A stretch of DNA of 64,000 nucleotides, from contig CAVUZH010000013.1 in NCBI GenBank assembly GCA_963745835.1, positions 448,001 to 512,000 of the forward strand. Reading direction: 5' to 3'. Each line of letters starts with the position of its first letter. The first letter of the stretch is position 1. The translations under genes were made by a program, and so were the position numbers. Positions 1 to 11,174 of the stretch are shown here, one piece after another. Under the pieces are notes generated by a model, which ran no database searches, was not told where the DNA came from, and saw only the letters and a list, made by a program, of their open reading frames with translations. This DNA is from an uncultured delta proteobacterium. Its GTDB lineage: Bacteria; Desulfobacterota; Binatia; UBA9968.

Positions 1-703
1 TATGCATTCCTGCGCGGAGCCAAGATGCGGGAAAAAAAGGGTCCAGAGCATTGGTCGTAAGAGCCACGACATCAGCGTGTTTAGCCGCATCTTCGGGTGA
101 CGAAACGGCGATAATATCGGCAGCAATGATGCGCCGCATCTCAGCAGCAAAATTTTCACGGTTGGCTGGCGTTGGGCTATAAATCCTAATTTCGCGGAGC
201 GGCAAAACCTTGCACATTGCGAGCACTGCCGGACGCGCTTGCCAACCAGAGCCATAAACCCCCAGGACCGAGCAATCGGACCGGGCCATGTATTTCGCGG
301 AAAGCGCGTTGGTAACCCCGACCCGAATCGCCTGGATAAATCCGTCGGGAAAGATGGCCAGAAGCTCTCCCGTCGACGTGCTAAAGACAAACACGAGACC
401 GACATACTTCCGGCCCATCGCCAAAGGAATCTTTACGCGGCGCTGCCGATCTCCAACAACCGGCCAGGTGAGAATATCGGAGGTAAGCCGCATCGTCGTC
501 ACACCGGATTGCGGCAAGGAAGCGCAGGATGTTTTCAAGCCGTGGTAACTACCGTCTAGCGGCCCCGGGACCAATAGATCTTGGCGCGGCATGTTCACCG
601 CATTGCCATTACCGAGATCGCGTAGCGCCGGCTCCAAGACTTTAAAGCATTCCTCGAGCGTAAACAGCTGCTCGATCTCGTCATTACTGAGAATGAGAGT
701 CAT
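1..703 (-). CDS. Ornithine cyclodeaminase/mu-crystallin family protein (3' part runs off the window)
   Basis: Not in the ORF track. Manual translation from ATG at 703 gives MTLILSNDEIEQLFTLEECF...TGELLAIFPDGFIQAIRVGVTNALSAKYMAR...GVYGSGWQAR...TTNALDPFFPASWLRAGMH, open to the edge and clearly paralogous to 2363..3424. Confidence 0.9.
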   Translation of the reverse strand, partial: MTLILSNDEIEQLFTLEECFKVLEPALRDLGNGNAVNMPRQDLLVPGPLDGSYHGLKTSCASLPQSGVTTMRLTSDILTWPVVGDRQRRVKIPLAMGRKYVGLVFVFSTSTGELLAIFPDGFIQAIRVGVTNALSAKYMARSDCSVLGVYGSGWQARPAVLAMCKVLPLREIRIYSPTPANRENFAAEMRRIIAADIIAVSSPEDAAKHADVVALTTNALDPFFPASWLRAGMH

Positions 704-717
704 CTCTGTAAATCGTT

Positions 718-1926
718 TTAGGGATCAACGACAGGCGCGGGCCTGAGCAGAACAAGGGTGAGGACAGAAGCCGAAAATGGGAAGAATGCGATAAAAATCA
801 ACGCCGCAGGCAGGCCATAAGCATCGGCGACGATCCCGGCGAGAATCGGTGCGAGAAACGATACCCCCATATTCGCGCCATAGATAAAAGCGATGATACT
901 GCCGGTCAGATTTTGCGGTGCGGCTTCCATTGCCGCCGATACTATTACCGGTCGCAAAGCCCAGAGGAGCGCTCCGAGAGCCGCAAGACCGCATCCTAAG
1001 ACAAACCCCGATGCGAGATACGGAATTGCGGTGATGGCGACTACGCTCAGCATCGAAAAAATAACGATCAAAAGCTTATGGCCGAAACGATCCGAAAGCC
1101 AACCGACCAATGCCGGCGCCGCACCAGCGAAAAGAAATAGGATAGACATATAGGCGCCGGCTGCTGCGGCCGTGAGCTTTAAGTGCAACAACAAATAGAG
1201 CGGCAAAAACACCGACAGCGCGGTTTGGCCCATGGCGCGTAGAGTCGAGACAGCTACGAGGGCGAATACGGTTTTGTTCTTGACCACATCTTCCCACAAC
1301 GCCCGACGGTAGTCGCGGCCGCGCGCCACTGTGACATCCCCTTCCGCACCGAAGAGCGCATACAGCAACCCAACCGCCAGTCCTGGAATTGCCCAAATCT
1401 GCAGTGTGGTGCGCCAATCAAAAAAATTGAGCAGCAGCCCTATGCTAAGCGGGCCAAGAACCTCTCCCAAGTTCGCGCTGCTGTCGTGAACGCCGAGCGC
1501 GAATGCCCGCTTGTCACGATAGCGGGCGGAAAGTATCGCTAAGGATTGCGGATGAAAACCGCCCCCGCCCAAGCCACCGAGCCCCATGAAGATCATCAAC
1601 AAGGGAAAACTCGACACAGCGCTCAAGCCGAAAGTCGCCATTCCGATCATGCCAATGCAAATTCCCAGCAGGAGATTGCGCCGACTCGCTAGATCGGCCA
1701 AAAAGCCCGACGGAAAGCTAGCCACTCCAGCCATCAAGGTGCGGGCTGAAGCCAACATCCCGGCTTGGGCAAGGGTTAGCCCCAGAGAGGCAGTGATCAG
1801 CGGCAGGATGACGGCAATAACTCCGTTGAAGAGATGTTCGGTGAGATGAGCGCTCGAGTTAGCCGCCAATCGGCCCCAATGACTTAACGGATTGCTTAAT
1901 ACTTGCGCAGTTTCGGCTTTCGACAC
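718..1926 (-). CDS. MFS transporter (FSR-like)
   Basis: 402 aa with about 12 hydrophobic segments; motif-A-like GFLADLASRR and GWLSDRFGHK; FHPQS motif. Confidence 0.9.
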   Translation of the reverse strand: MSKAETAQVLSNPLSHWGRLAANSSAHLTEHLFNGVIAVILPLITASLGLTLAQAGMLASARTLMAGVASFPSGFLADLASRRNLLLGICIGMIGMATFGLSAVSSFPLLMIFMGLGGLGGGGFHPQSLAILSARYRDKRAFALGVHDSSANLGEVLGPLSIGLLLNFFDWRTTLQIWAIPGLAVGLLYALFGAEGDVTVARGRDYRRALWEDVVKNKTVFALVAVSTLRAMGQTALSVFLPLYLLLHLKLTAAAAGAYMSILFLFAGAAPALVGWLSDRFGHKLLIVIFSMLSVVAITAIPYLASGFVLGCGLAALGALLWALRPVIVSAAMEAAPQNLTGSIIAFIYGANMGVSFLAPILAGIVADAYGLPAALIFIAFFPFSASVLTLVLLRPAPVVDP

Positions 1927-2362
1927 TTTTCGTCCTTTAAAGGTTTAATGCTTCCAATAAGCTGATTTTCCGCGGAGCGCAAACTCACAGTAGGTTAGTC
2001 GATCTCGACCAGCTTTTTTCGGGAAGATTGACCGCGAAGAACTCTCACGGATGATTTAGGGACGGAGAAATATCTCGCCAGCAGTTCGACAACCTCTCGG
2101 TTGGCCCTTTCCTGCCACAGGCGCGGCATGTACTGAGACTCGATACTCCTGCTGTGAGATTTTTACGATGTTTTCTTTCCGAGCTTGCGTTTTTACCTGA
2201 ACAGAAATCCTAAACGACATGGCAGTACGATAACGTATGTGGTTTCAAAGGATCAAACCCAATGTACTGGTAGCGAAGTCAGCATTAAAAAGGCTGTGAT
2301 TGGACAACCCAAATTGGATCGGATAAGTCATAACGTTAAAAATAACGACGCGGAGGAAAAGC

Positions 2363-3424
2363 GTGACCCTGATTCTCAGCAATGATGACATTCAGAAAGC
2401 GTTGACGGTTAAGGAAAGCCTTGCCGTGATGGAAGAATCTTATCGTGAACAGTCTGCCAGCCGCGCGGTCAACCGCCCCACCTGCCACTCATATTTGCCC
2501 CACTCGCTGCCCAATTCGACTTACAGTTTTAAATCGGTGGACGGCGGCGTCGGCAAGTATGGCGTTCTGGCTTTGCGGGTTACCTCGGATATCGTCCAGG
2601 AGCAAACGATCAACAACACTGTTCGGTTGGAAAAGATTCCACTCGCCGGCAAAGGTTTGTTTCTCGGACTAGTGCAACTCTTCAGCGCGGAAACGGGCGA
2701 GCTTTTAGCAATCATGCCGGACGGCTTTATTCAGCAGACCCGTGTCGGCGTCACCAGCGCACTGGCGATGAAATTCATGGCGCGCAAAGATTCTAAAACC
2801 CTCGGATTAATCGGATCGGGCGGGCAGGCGCGCGCACATTACCGTTATATGAGCGCCATACTGCCGATTGAAAAAGTAAGAGTCTTTAGCCCCAACCCCG
2901 AACACTGCAGAACGTTCACTGAACAAATGTCCAAAGAAACCGGCATTGCCGGCGAACCGGTTAACAGCCCTGAAGAAGCCGTCAAAGGGTGCGACATCCT
3001 ATGCAGCGCGACCAATTCCTCCCGACCGGTGGTGAAAATCGAATGGCTCGCTCCCGGCATGCACTACAACTCAATTCGTGAATTCGAGACAGACATTGGC
3101 GCTTTGGAAAAATGCGACGTGGTGGCCATCCACACACAATTCGGCGGCATTTATCATTACCAACCGCCCGGCATCGTCGAGGATATGCCGGGTGTGCGCC
3201 GTGAAAAGCCGCGCGATTGGTCCCGCTACCCGGAAATTTGCGACATCGTCGCAGGGAAAGTCATTGGCAGAAACAACGACCAGCAGATCACATTCTTTTT
3301 AAATAACGTCGGCACCGGCGTTCAATTTGCCGCCATGGGCTACTGCGCATATAAGGCGGCAAAGGAGCAAGGCTTAGGTCATGAAATCCCCTCGGAGTGG
3401 TTCCTCCAAGACATCAAACCCTAG
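2363..3424 (+). CDS. Ornithine cyclodeaminase/mu-crystallin family protein
   Basis: 353 aa; TGELLAIM, RVGVTS, Rossmann GLIGSGGQA, SATNS; GGAGG RBS before the GTG start. Confidence 0.9.
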   Translation: MTLILSNDDIQKALTVKESLAVMEESYREQSASRAVNRPTCHSYLPHSLPNSTYSFKSVDGGVGKYGVLALRVTSDIVQEQTINNTVRLEKIPLAGKGLFLGLVQLFSAETGELLAIMPDGFIQQTRVGVTSALAMKFMARKDSKTLGLIGSGGQARAHYRYMSAILPIEKVRVFSPNPEHCRTFTEQMSKETGIAGEPVNSPEEAVKGCDILCSATNSSRPVVKIEWLAPGMHYNSIREFETDIGALEKCDVVAIHTQFGGIYHYQPPGIVEDMPGVRREKPRDWSRYPEICDIVAGKVIGRNNDQQITFFLNNVGTGVQFAAMGYCAYKAAKEQGLGHEIPSEWFLQDIKP

Positions 3425-3478
3425 AGATTAACCAGCGTTCAGCACACGCTTAAGCATATGGCTTGCCGTTTAACAATG

Positions 3479-4786
3479 TTATTCCTGCGATCGGCCAATC
3501 AAGGGACGAATGCCGACGACACTGAAGAGAAGTTCCCTGGTGGAAGCCTTCTGCGTCGGTCTAACCTCGCGAAAGGAACGCGCGAGCAGCAGATAAAAAC
3601 CTAGCCTGCAGAAGCACGAAAGAGCAAATAGGCTGAGCAAGCCGTAACCTAGCAGTGGCGGCAGCTGGGAGCCAAGAAAACCGCCGAGAGCGGAGCCAAA
3701 AAAAAGCGCGGCGCCATTGATAACGTTGAAGTACGCAATGCAACGGACGCGTTTTTGTGGCGTCACGGCGTCGTAGATAAAGTTGGCGGCGCTTAGTGTA
3801 ACCCCGCTCCAGGCAAACCCACCCCAGATTTGAACCAGCATCAGATACGCAGGGTCGTGGGAAATGAGCCAAAAGGCGGGAATGAGCGCGGCGAGGAACG
3901 AACTCAGCCGCAGCACTCGGACGTTACCGACGAGGTCCGCATGCCTTCCCCAGAGCGGCAGCGCAACCAGCGAAGCAAATGAGGAACAGACCTGGAGACC
4001 CATATAGGTCAAGTAACTAAATTGCAGATCGCGCAGCATGAAGACGGCGAAAAACGGCGCCGATAAGTAAGTCGCAAACGTCAGGCAGGCGCTGAAGACC
4101 ACGAATTTCAAAAAGTTGCTTTGCCTGAATCGAGCGATGAACATCAAGAACGTAAAATCGCTTGCGGGATCGCTTCTATGCGGCGGCTCATCCATGCGGC
4201 TAATGAAATAACCTGACGCGAAGCGGGCCAGTGCTGCCGAACCGAACAAGAGGCAAAACCCGGCGTTGTAAGATATTTCACCGAATGAATATAGGACCAG
4301 GCCCGATATGATGATGCTGGCTAAGGTCACTGCGCCAACCGTCCGATTGCGCCAGCCAAAGTATCGGCCTCTTTTACTCGAGGGAATGTAATCGGTGATT
4401 AAGCTACCCCACGCCGGCCCGGCCAAGCCGCCGCATACCGCGATCAGGATCAGTAGAGCGGTCAATAACTCCACACGTTGCCCGGTGTCGAGCCAGGGTA
4501 AAATGGCGATGCCAAGGATCAACGAAGCTTGACATAATACTAAACGCACCAGCAATTTAAGCCTGCCGCCAATCCAATGAATTACGCGGACTGCAAGGAA
4601 CTGCGAGACGGATGCGAGCAGATGAGGCAGCGCGCTGATCAAGCCCACCTGTTGAACCGTGGCGCCTAAGAAAAGCGCCAGAGGGGTTGCGTAATGTTCG
4701 GTGACGCCAGCCATGAAGGCGGCAAAGATCCCGTCCTTAAATGACGATCGGAGGCTCTCTCTAACGTCGACCCTTTTTCGTCTCAT
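3479..4786 (-). CDS. MFS transporter
   Basis: 435 aa polytopic membrane protein; RGRYFGWR and WGRHADLVGN loop motifs. Confidence 0.85.
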   Translation of the reverse strand: MRRKRVDVRESLRSSFKDGIFAAFMAGVTEHYATPLALFLGATVQQVGLISALPHLLASVSQFLAVRVIHWIGGRLKLLVRLVLCQASLILGIAILPWLDTGQRVELLTALLILIAVCGGLAGPAWGSLITDYIPSSKRGRYFGWRNRTVGAVTLASIIISGLVLYSFGEISYNAGFCLLFGSAALARFASGYFISRMDEPPHRSDPASDFTFLMFIARFRQSNFLKFVVFSACLTFATYLSAPFFAVFMLRDLQFSYLTYMGLQVCSSFASLVALPLWGRHADLVGNVRVLRLSSFLAALIPAFWLISHDPAYLMLVQIWGGFAWSGVTLSAANFIYDAVTPQKRVRCIAYFNVINGAALFFGSALGGFLGSQLPPLLGYGLLSLFALSCFCRLGFYLLLARSFREVRPTQKASTRELLFSVVGIRPLIGRSQE

Positions 4787-5113
4787 TTTGGGTAGAAAAA
4801 GGATGAGGTATTTTCGGAGAAATTGCCAGCTAGGAATGCGCGCCAGGTTATTTACAACTTCTGGAAACTGGATTTAAAATACGCTGTCGCGGGGATTCAG
4901 CTTGCTTTCAAACAGCCCGAAAATAGAAGAGCTAACTATGGCACGGAACGTTATCATCAACCAAGGACGAGCAGCCCAAGATAGTTCAAAGATCACCAGT
5001 CATGCTTCCGTCCCACTTAATGCGAGCCAACGCGGCCGCTGTTCGTGCAGCGGTGGATAATGTTACAGATTGCGAGCGGCACCTAAGCGAATGATCAGCA
5101 AGCGTCGGCCATT

Positions 5114-8100
5114 ATGAAGATTCGTTCGCACCTCCTGTTTCTTGTACTTGGCACCCTCCTTCCAATCCTGGCCTTTTCGGCCGCGATGACCGCGGTCTTT
5201 TGGCGTGAACAACGTCAAGCTCTCGAGCAGCGCTTTGTCGACCGCGTGCGAGGAATGACCATCGCGCTGGATCGAGAGATCGATGGCAACACTCGTTCGC
5301 TCCAGATGCTGGCCGAATCACCACATCTCCAATCCAATGATCTACTTAGCTTCCACGAACAGATCATGCGCGCTCGCTCGACGCAGAGTACTTGGGCAAA
5401 TATTATCTTGAGTGATCCGGTCTCGGGTAAGCAAGTGATCAATGTTCGATATCCCTTCGGCAAACCGCTGCCGGAAACCTTGATAGACAAAAGCACACTT
5501 GCGTCAGTGGTAAAATCAGGGCGTCCATTTGTAGCGCCTATTTCGCAGGTACGCGTAGGTGGAAACTACATGACAACAATTGTAGTTCCAGCCAAAACAG
5601 GCAGCGGGCGCCCCTATACACTGATGGCCGTCATTGATCCGTCGAGCTGGTTACATTTTTTGTCCAACTACCCAGTTGCCACCGATGCAACACTGACTTT
5701 ACTGGACCAAAACGGCATCATCATCGCGCGCACGCTAAATTCTGAACGATGGATCGGTCAACTTCCCGCAGAGGGGCTGACGGTCGAAGCGCGCAAGGCG
5801 CCTGAAGGCTCATCGATAACTCAAGGATTAGAGGGACAATGGTTCTATACGGCGCATAGCCGCTCGAAGCTCGCAGGGTGGACCTTGGCTTCAGGCGTTC
5901 CCAAGGAAGGCGTTGAAGCCGCACTGCGTCAATCGGTGCTGCTGATGGTTGCCGGAGTCGCGGCAACTGCGATCTTAGCGATCACGCTTGCTGGCGTCTT
6001 CGGCAGACGAATCGCTCGGCCTATTTCTGAGCTGGCGCACTCCGCTCAGGCTCTGGCCACCGGCGAGCGCGTGAATGCTCATGGAGCCACCGAAGTTGCG
6101 GAGGTCGACGACGTTCGGGCTGCGTTCTCCTCGGCTGCGGACCGGTTGCGGGCTAAAGATTCAGCGCTACGGGACAGCGAGGAGCGTTTTCGCAGCATGG
6201 CCGATACAGCGCCCGTGCTACTCTGGTTATCGGATGTCGATCAACAATGCACATATATCAATAAGCCCTGGCTCCATTTCACTGGTCGCACACTTGAACA
6301 AGAGCTGGGCGCGGGCTGGATGGAGAGCATTTACCCTGAAGATCGCCCGCGGTGTCTTGAAACGTATCGCACATCCTTTCATCGCCGCGAGCGCCTCGAA
6401 ATGGAATACCGACTGCGACGCTCCGACGGTGAGTACCGCTGGGTCTTGAATCGTGGTGCACCGCGAGTGACCGACAATGGCGAGTTCATCGGTTATGTCG
6501 GCTCCTGCGTCGACATTACCGAACGTAAACGAGTTGAGGAATCTCTGCGTGAAAGCGAGGCGCGCCTGCGGCTCGCGATGCGAACCGGCAAAGTCGGTGT
6601 CTGGGATTGGGACATTTTGGCCAACCGAGTGGTGTGGACCGAATCTCTCTATGCGATTCACGGCGTGAAACCCGATGAGTTCGTTACCACCATCGAAGCT
6701 TTTGCCACGCTGCTCCACCCTGAGGACCGTGATCCGGTTTTGCACAGCCTTCAACGCGCTCTGGAGCACGATGCGCCCTATGAGCTCGAGTTTCGCGCGA
6801 TTCGACCGGATGGGCAGATCATATGGCTATTTACCAACGCGATGATATTGCGAAACGGCGGCGAACCGTTCCGTATGCTCGGCGCCACCATGGATATCAC
6901 GCAGCGCAAATTGGCCGAAGAGACAGTGCTCAGGCTACTTCATATCAGCGAACGGCTTAACTCCACGCTCAATGTCGACACGCTGCTCGATGTTTTGGTC
7001 GGCGAGGCGATCCGGATTGTCGACGGCGAGAGCGGCGTTTCCGGCCTTTATACCCCGCAGGGAATGGTTTGCCGCAAGTATTTACACAAAGGCAAACCGG
7101 TCCCATTCGATTATTGCTGGCGCCCAGCAGAAGGATTGCCGGGGCACATCATCAACGAGAAACTGCCCTACCTGACCAATGAGGCCAATGCCGACCCAAG
7201 GACCGCTCAAGAGTTCTACGCTCGGTTTGAAGTCCGCAATGCCCTATCGATACCGATCCTGAATTTTCAGCGCGAGCTCATCGGCTTCTTCGAGATCCAT
7301 AACAAAAACAGCGCCGGCGGATTTACGGATCTGGACAAACGCACCCTGGTGGCGATCTCGGAGGCTGCTGCCACAGCGATCCAGAACAGCTTGGCTTACC
7401 GCAGAGTGCAGGAAGCCGAGGAATCTTTGCGTGACGTCGATCGGCGTAAGGATGAGTACTTGGCGATGCTGGGGCATGAGCTACGTAACCCGCTTGGAGT
7501 CATAAGCATAAGCGCACAGTTATTGCGCGGGCAAGAGCCGTCCTCGCCCGAACTGGCCGAGCTCCGCGATATTGTGGACCGTCAGGTGGAACATATGACC
7601 CGGCTGCTTGATGATTTACTTGACGTATCACGAATCTCTCGCGGTCAAATGAAACTCAACCAAACTTTGTGTGATTTTTCCTCACTTGTCCGGCAAACCA
7701 TGCAGGATTATCGCTCCAAGCTTGAGACCAACAACCTGCATGTCAAGATGGATATACCTGACCGGCCAATGTGGGTCATGGGAGATCGGACCAGGCTGGC
7801 GCAAACCATCAGCAATATCCTGCATAACGCGGATAAATTCACCGGCGCCGGCGGAACAATAACCGTTGCGCTCGAGGAGGAAGCTGCCGCCAAACAGGTC
7901 ATCCTCACGGTGCATGACACGGGCATCGGCATGGAACCAAAACTCCTGGCGCGCGTTTTTGAGCCATTCATTCAGGGCGATCACGGTATCGATCGGCGAC
8001 CCGGTGGACTTGGACTGGGATTGCCGCTGGTCAAGGGAATGATCGAGTTGCACGGCGGCCAGGTGCGCGCATCAAGCGCTGGGCCGGGACACGGATTCCA

Positions 8101-8566
8101 GATCACCATCCGGCTGCCGCTGCGAGATCAAGCCGCGGCTACAATCCGACGGCTGAGCTCCACCCCTGTTCACGCGAGCGCCTGCCGCATCCTGGTGATC
8201 GAAGATAATAGAGCGGCGTCAAGAACAATGAACCTGTACCTGACCCATCAAGGCCATACTGTGGAAGCGGCGCACACCGGGCGCGAAGGTATTCAAGCCG
8301 CACGACGGTTCCAGCCTGATGTCATACTCTGCGATATCGGCCTGCCGGAATTTGACGGTTACAAAGTTGCCCGGCAAGTGCGGCAAGAGCCGGAACTCAA
8401 TCGCGTGTATCTGATCGGAATTTCAGGCTACGGACAGGAACACGATAAGGAGCGCGCCTGGCAGGCCGGCTTCAATGCCTATCTGGTAAAGCCTGTTGAT
8501 ATGTCGGAGCTCGAAACCTTGCTGGCGAAATTTCAAACCGATGCGGGTGTACGCGGCATGATGTGA
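5114..8566 (+). CDS. Hybrid sensor histidine kinase/response regulator (TM-Cache-TM-HAMP-PAS-PAS-GAF-HisKA-HATPase-REC)
   Basis: H-box LGHELRNPL, N-box NILHNADKF, G boxes DTGIGM and GLGLGL, receiver CDIGLP...YLVKP; two PAS/PAC repeats ending DITERK and DITQRK. Confidence 0.93.
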   Translation: MKIRSHLLFLVLGTLLPILAFSAAMTAVFWREQRQALEQRFVDRVRGMTIALDREIDGNTRSLQMLAESPHLQSNDLLSFHEQIMRARSTQSTWANIILSDPVSGKQVINVRYPFGKPLPETLIDKSTLASVVKSGRPFVAPISQVRVGGNYMTTIVVPAKTGSGRPYTLMAVIDPSSWLHFLSNYPVATDATLTLLDQNGIIIARTLNSERWIGQLPAEGLTVEARKAPEGSSITQGLEGQWFYTAHSRSKLAGWTLASGVPKEGVEAALRQSVLLMVAGVAATAILAITLAGVFGRRIARPISELAHSAQALATGERVNAHGATEVAEVDDVRAAFSSAADRLRAKDSALRDSEERFRSMADTAPVLLWLSDVDQQCTYINKPWLHFTGRTLEQELGAGWMESIYPEDRPRCLETYRTSFHRRERLEMEYRLRRSDGEYRWVLNRGAPRVTDNGEFIGYVGSCVDITERKRVEESLRESEARLRLAMRTGKVGVWDWDILANRVVWTESLYAIHGVKPDEFVTTIEAFATLLHPEDRDPVLHSLQRALEHDAPYELEFRAIRPDGQIIWLFTNAMILRNGGEPFRMLGATMDITQRKLAEETVLRLLHISERLNSTLNVDTLLDVLVGEAIRIVDGESGVSGLYTPQGMVCRKYLHKGKPVPFDYCWRPAEGLPGHIINEKLPYLTNEANADPRTAQEFYARFEVRNALSIPILNFQRELIGFFEIHNKNSAGGFTDLDKRTLVAISEAAATAIQNSLAYRRVQEAEESLRDVDRRKDEYLAMLGHELRNPLGVISISAQLLRGQEPSSPELAELRDIVDRQVEHMTRLLDDLLDVSRISRGQMKLNQTLCDFSSLVRQTMQDYRSKLETNNLHVKMDIPDRPMWVMGDRTRLAQTISNILHNADKFTGAGGTITVALEEEAAAKQVILTVHDTGIGMEPKLLARVFEPFIQGDHGIDRRPGGLGLGLPLVKGMIELHGGQVRASSAGPGHGFQITIRLPLRDQAAATIRRLSSTPVHASACRILVIEDNRAASRTMNLYLTHQGHTVEAAHTGREGIQAARRFQPDVILCDIGLPEFDGYKVARQVRQEPELNRVYLIGISGYGQEHDKERAWQAGFNAYLVKPVDMSELETLLAKFQTDAGVRGMM

Positions 8567-8804
8567 TTTGCACATCCAACGCTGCTTAGGGCGGAACCTT
8601 CGCGTTACCAACAGTGGTCTTGTGACTTCTGGACAAACAGTTCGCTCTTCCCTGGTAAGCTACAACAGGAAAATGTCAGACGCTCTCGGTCACTTTAAAG
8701 TCTTGCCTACTCCGTTCCTGCTCCCCTATTGAATCCATGCCCAGAGTGGTCAGTATTGAAAAAGAGACAAGGGGCGTCTTCCGTTCAAAGAGACCGTCAG
8801 AGTC

Positions 8805-9725
8805 GTGAATCAGCCGTTTCTAATCGGAACCTCAGGTTATTCATACCCTGGACCGCCGCCCAGCGGCTGGCGTGGTGCGTTTTATCCGGAGCCAAAACCC
8901 AAACGCTTCGATGAACTCCATTACTATTCGCAGATATTTAATACAGTGGAGATCAATTCGACGTTTTACCGGCCTCCCTCGACCACCACTACTGCAGCAT
9001 GGGCGAAAAAGACTTCATCCGACTTCACCTTTGCCGTAAAGCTGTGGCAGAAGTTTACCCATCCGGTAAAGATTGGGCGGAAAAAGTCGGATGAGAAATG
9101 GCAGCCTCCGACGCAGGATGATGTCGATCAATTCCGCACCGGTCTTGAACCCATCGCCGAGGCGGGTAAGCTCGGTGCGCTTCTGCTGCAATACCCCGCG
9201 AGCTTTCACTGCACGCCCGAGAACATGGAGCGAGTCGAGAGAACGCTACAACTATTCTACGAATATCCGAAAGTGGTCGAGCTTCGGCACAATACTTGGA
9301 CTGAGCAAAGCGCCCAGACCAAAGTCTTGTTGGAAGGCAATAGAGCCAGCAGCGTCCTCATCGACGAGCCTAAATTTTCATCCTCCATACGCCAGGGCAT
9401 CGAGACGATTGGCGAAATTTTTTACTTCCGCGCTCATGGTCGCAACGCCAAGGCTTGGTGGAGACCCAAGGAGTCATGGGAGCGGTATGACTATTTATAT
9501 CCCCGCCAGGAAATCAAAAAAATCGCCGAACGAATCGATAGCGCGACAAGCGCGCCGGGGATAAAAAAGGGGTTTGCATTTTTCAATAATCACGCGCGCG
9601 CCAACGCCGCCGCTAATGCCATCATGCTCTCTCAGGAACTTGGGCTCCGCCCCAAAGCTATGCCAGGTGAAGCAATGATCTCTAAGTTTCCTGAGATTGT
9701 GAATGTCGAGCCGTCATCTACTTGA
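8805..9725 (+). CDS. DUF72 (YecE-like) family protein
   Basis: IGTSGYSY, VEINSTFY, LLQYPASF, VELRH, YFRAHG, YDYLY, FNNH motifs. Confidence 0.9.
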   Translation: MNQPFLIGTSGYSYPGPPPSGWRGAFYPEPKPKRFDELHYYSQIFNTVEINSTFYRPPSTTTTAAWAKKTSSDFTFAVKLWQKFTHPVKIGRKKSDEKWQPPTQDDVDQFRTGLEPIAEAGKLGALLLQYPASFHCTPENMERVERTLQLFYEYPKVVELRHNTWTEQSAQTKVLLEGNRASSVLIDEPKFSSSIRQGIETIGEIFYFRAHGRNAKAWWRPKESWERYDYLYPRQEIKKIAERIDSATSAPGIKKGFAFFNNHARANAAANAIMLSQELGLRPKAMPGEAMISKFPEIVNVEPSST

Positions 9726-9997
9726 TCGATGCGCATGCCGGCGATGGGTGTTTAGCTTACGAGCGGGCCGATAAGAGATCGCCACATAAATCAACACGAC
9801 GGCCAACAATAAGAATTCAAACATGCTGCGTCTCACCTTCCGAAAAATTCGTGCGCTGGAGCATCGGTCTAAAAGTTAGACGAATCGAAGGCAAGACAGT
9901 TGACAGTGTGTTAGCATCCCATCAAAAAAATGAATTCGTTTAACGTCATTTCCCGTTTCTCTCTGCTCACGAGCGGCGGTCATGAACACGGCGCCTT

Positions 9998-11071
9998 TTA
10001 CAACCGCGGTGTCTTGACCATCACGCTCGAATCGATGCTCGCGATGGTCGGCCGGCCGCATTTCGCCATAGTAATTTCCATCTCTTCCCGAAGTATATCC
10101 AACACTCGCATTACTCCCTGCTCGCCATTAACAGCGAGACCCCAAAATAGCGGACGGCCAATGAACACCGCCTTGGCTCCTAAGGCCAGGGCTTTCACCA
10201 CATCGGCGCCTCGCCTGATGCCCCCGTCGAGAAAAAGCTCTAGCTTTCCCTTCGCGGCGACAACAGCTTCAGAGACGACTTCCACCGGTGCCAGAGTATT
10301 GTCCAGGTGCCGGCCGCCGTGATTAGACACGATCACCCCGTGTATTCCTATTTCCGCGCACAACTCGACGTCCTCGCCTGTCATGATGCCTTTGGCAACA
10401 ACCGGCAGGTTGGTTTGCGATTTGATCCATTCCAAGTCTTTCCAAGTGGCGGCAGGATCCGATCCCCCTTCGGCGCCGGCAGGCCGCGGCGCACTGCCCG
10501 GCGCTAAAGATTGTGCCGGATAGTTAACGCCCCGCGTTCGCCGATAGTTGTTGCGAATATTTCGCTCCCGCTTGGGCGGCCACTGAGAATCCAAAGTGAC
10601 ACAGATTGCTTCATAGCCCGCTCCTTTGGCGCGATCGAGCCAGCTTTTAGTCAGGCTCCGATCTCGAAATGGATAGAGCTGCAGCCACAGATGGCCGGAA
10701 GCCGCTTTGGCCAATTCTTCAAAGGATGAGTTTGAATTGGCGCTGACCGCCATAATCGTGCCCCGGGCCGCCGCAGCGCGATAGGTCGCGAACTCGCCTT
10801 CTGGATGAGCCTTTTTATGCCCGCCGCACGGCGCGATCAGCACCGGCAGGCTCACCTTGGTTCCGAGCACGGTAGTCGAAAGGTCAAGCGCGCTCACATT
10901 GCGCAACACCCGCGGGCGCAGCGCCCACGACTCGAAGGCGCGGCGATTTCGTTCGACGCTGATCTCGTCGGTGGCGCCGCCGGCAATATAGTCGTATTCG
11001 TCTTTCGGCAGGCGCTCCTTGGCAATCGCTTCGAAATCAAAAAGGTTGATCGGCATCGAACTGGTGCTCAT
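9998..11071 (-). CDS. FMN-dependent alpha-hydroxy acid oxidase/dehydrogenase
   Basis: YIAGGA, LRPRVL, WLQLY, VSNHGGR, DGGIRRG, IGRP; start moved to ATG 11071 behind a GGAGG RBS. Confidence 0.92.
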   Translation of the reverse strand: MSTSSMPINLFDFEAIAKERLPKDEYDYIAGGATDEISVERNRRAFESWALRPRVLRNVSALDLSTTVLGTKVSLPVLIAPCGGHKKAHPEGEFATYRAAAARGTIMAVSANSNSSFEELAKAASGHLWLQLYPFRDRSLTKSWLDRAKGAGYEAICVTLDSQWPPKRERNIRNNYRRTRGVNYPAQSLAPGSAPRPAGAEGGSDPAATWKDLEWIKSQTNLPVVAKGIMTGEDVELCAEIGIHGVIVSNHGGRHLDNTLAPVEVVSEAVVAAKGKLELFLDGGIRRGADVVKALALGAKAVFIGRPLFWGLAVNGEQGVMRVLDILREEMEITMAKCGRPTIASIDSSVMVKTPRL

Positions 11072-11174
11072 TTTACCCTCCAACATTAAACTCTGCTTTG
11101 GGTGGACGATTGATTGAAAACGGCGCGTGAGCCTTGACGGATCTCTCAACCTGCAGACTGATTTGTTTACCCGG

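Noticed and set aside
5114-8566. Orphan hybrid kinase as a novel system
   Set aside because: Common domain architecture with canonical motifs and no informative neighbours.
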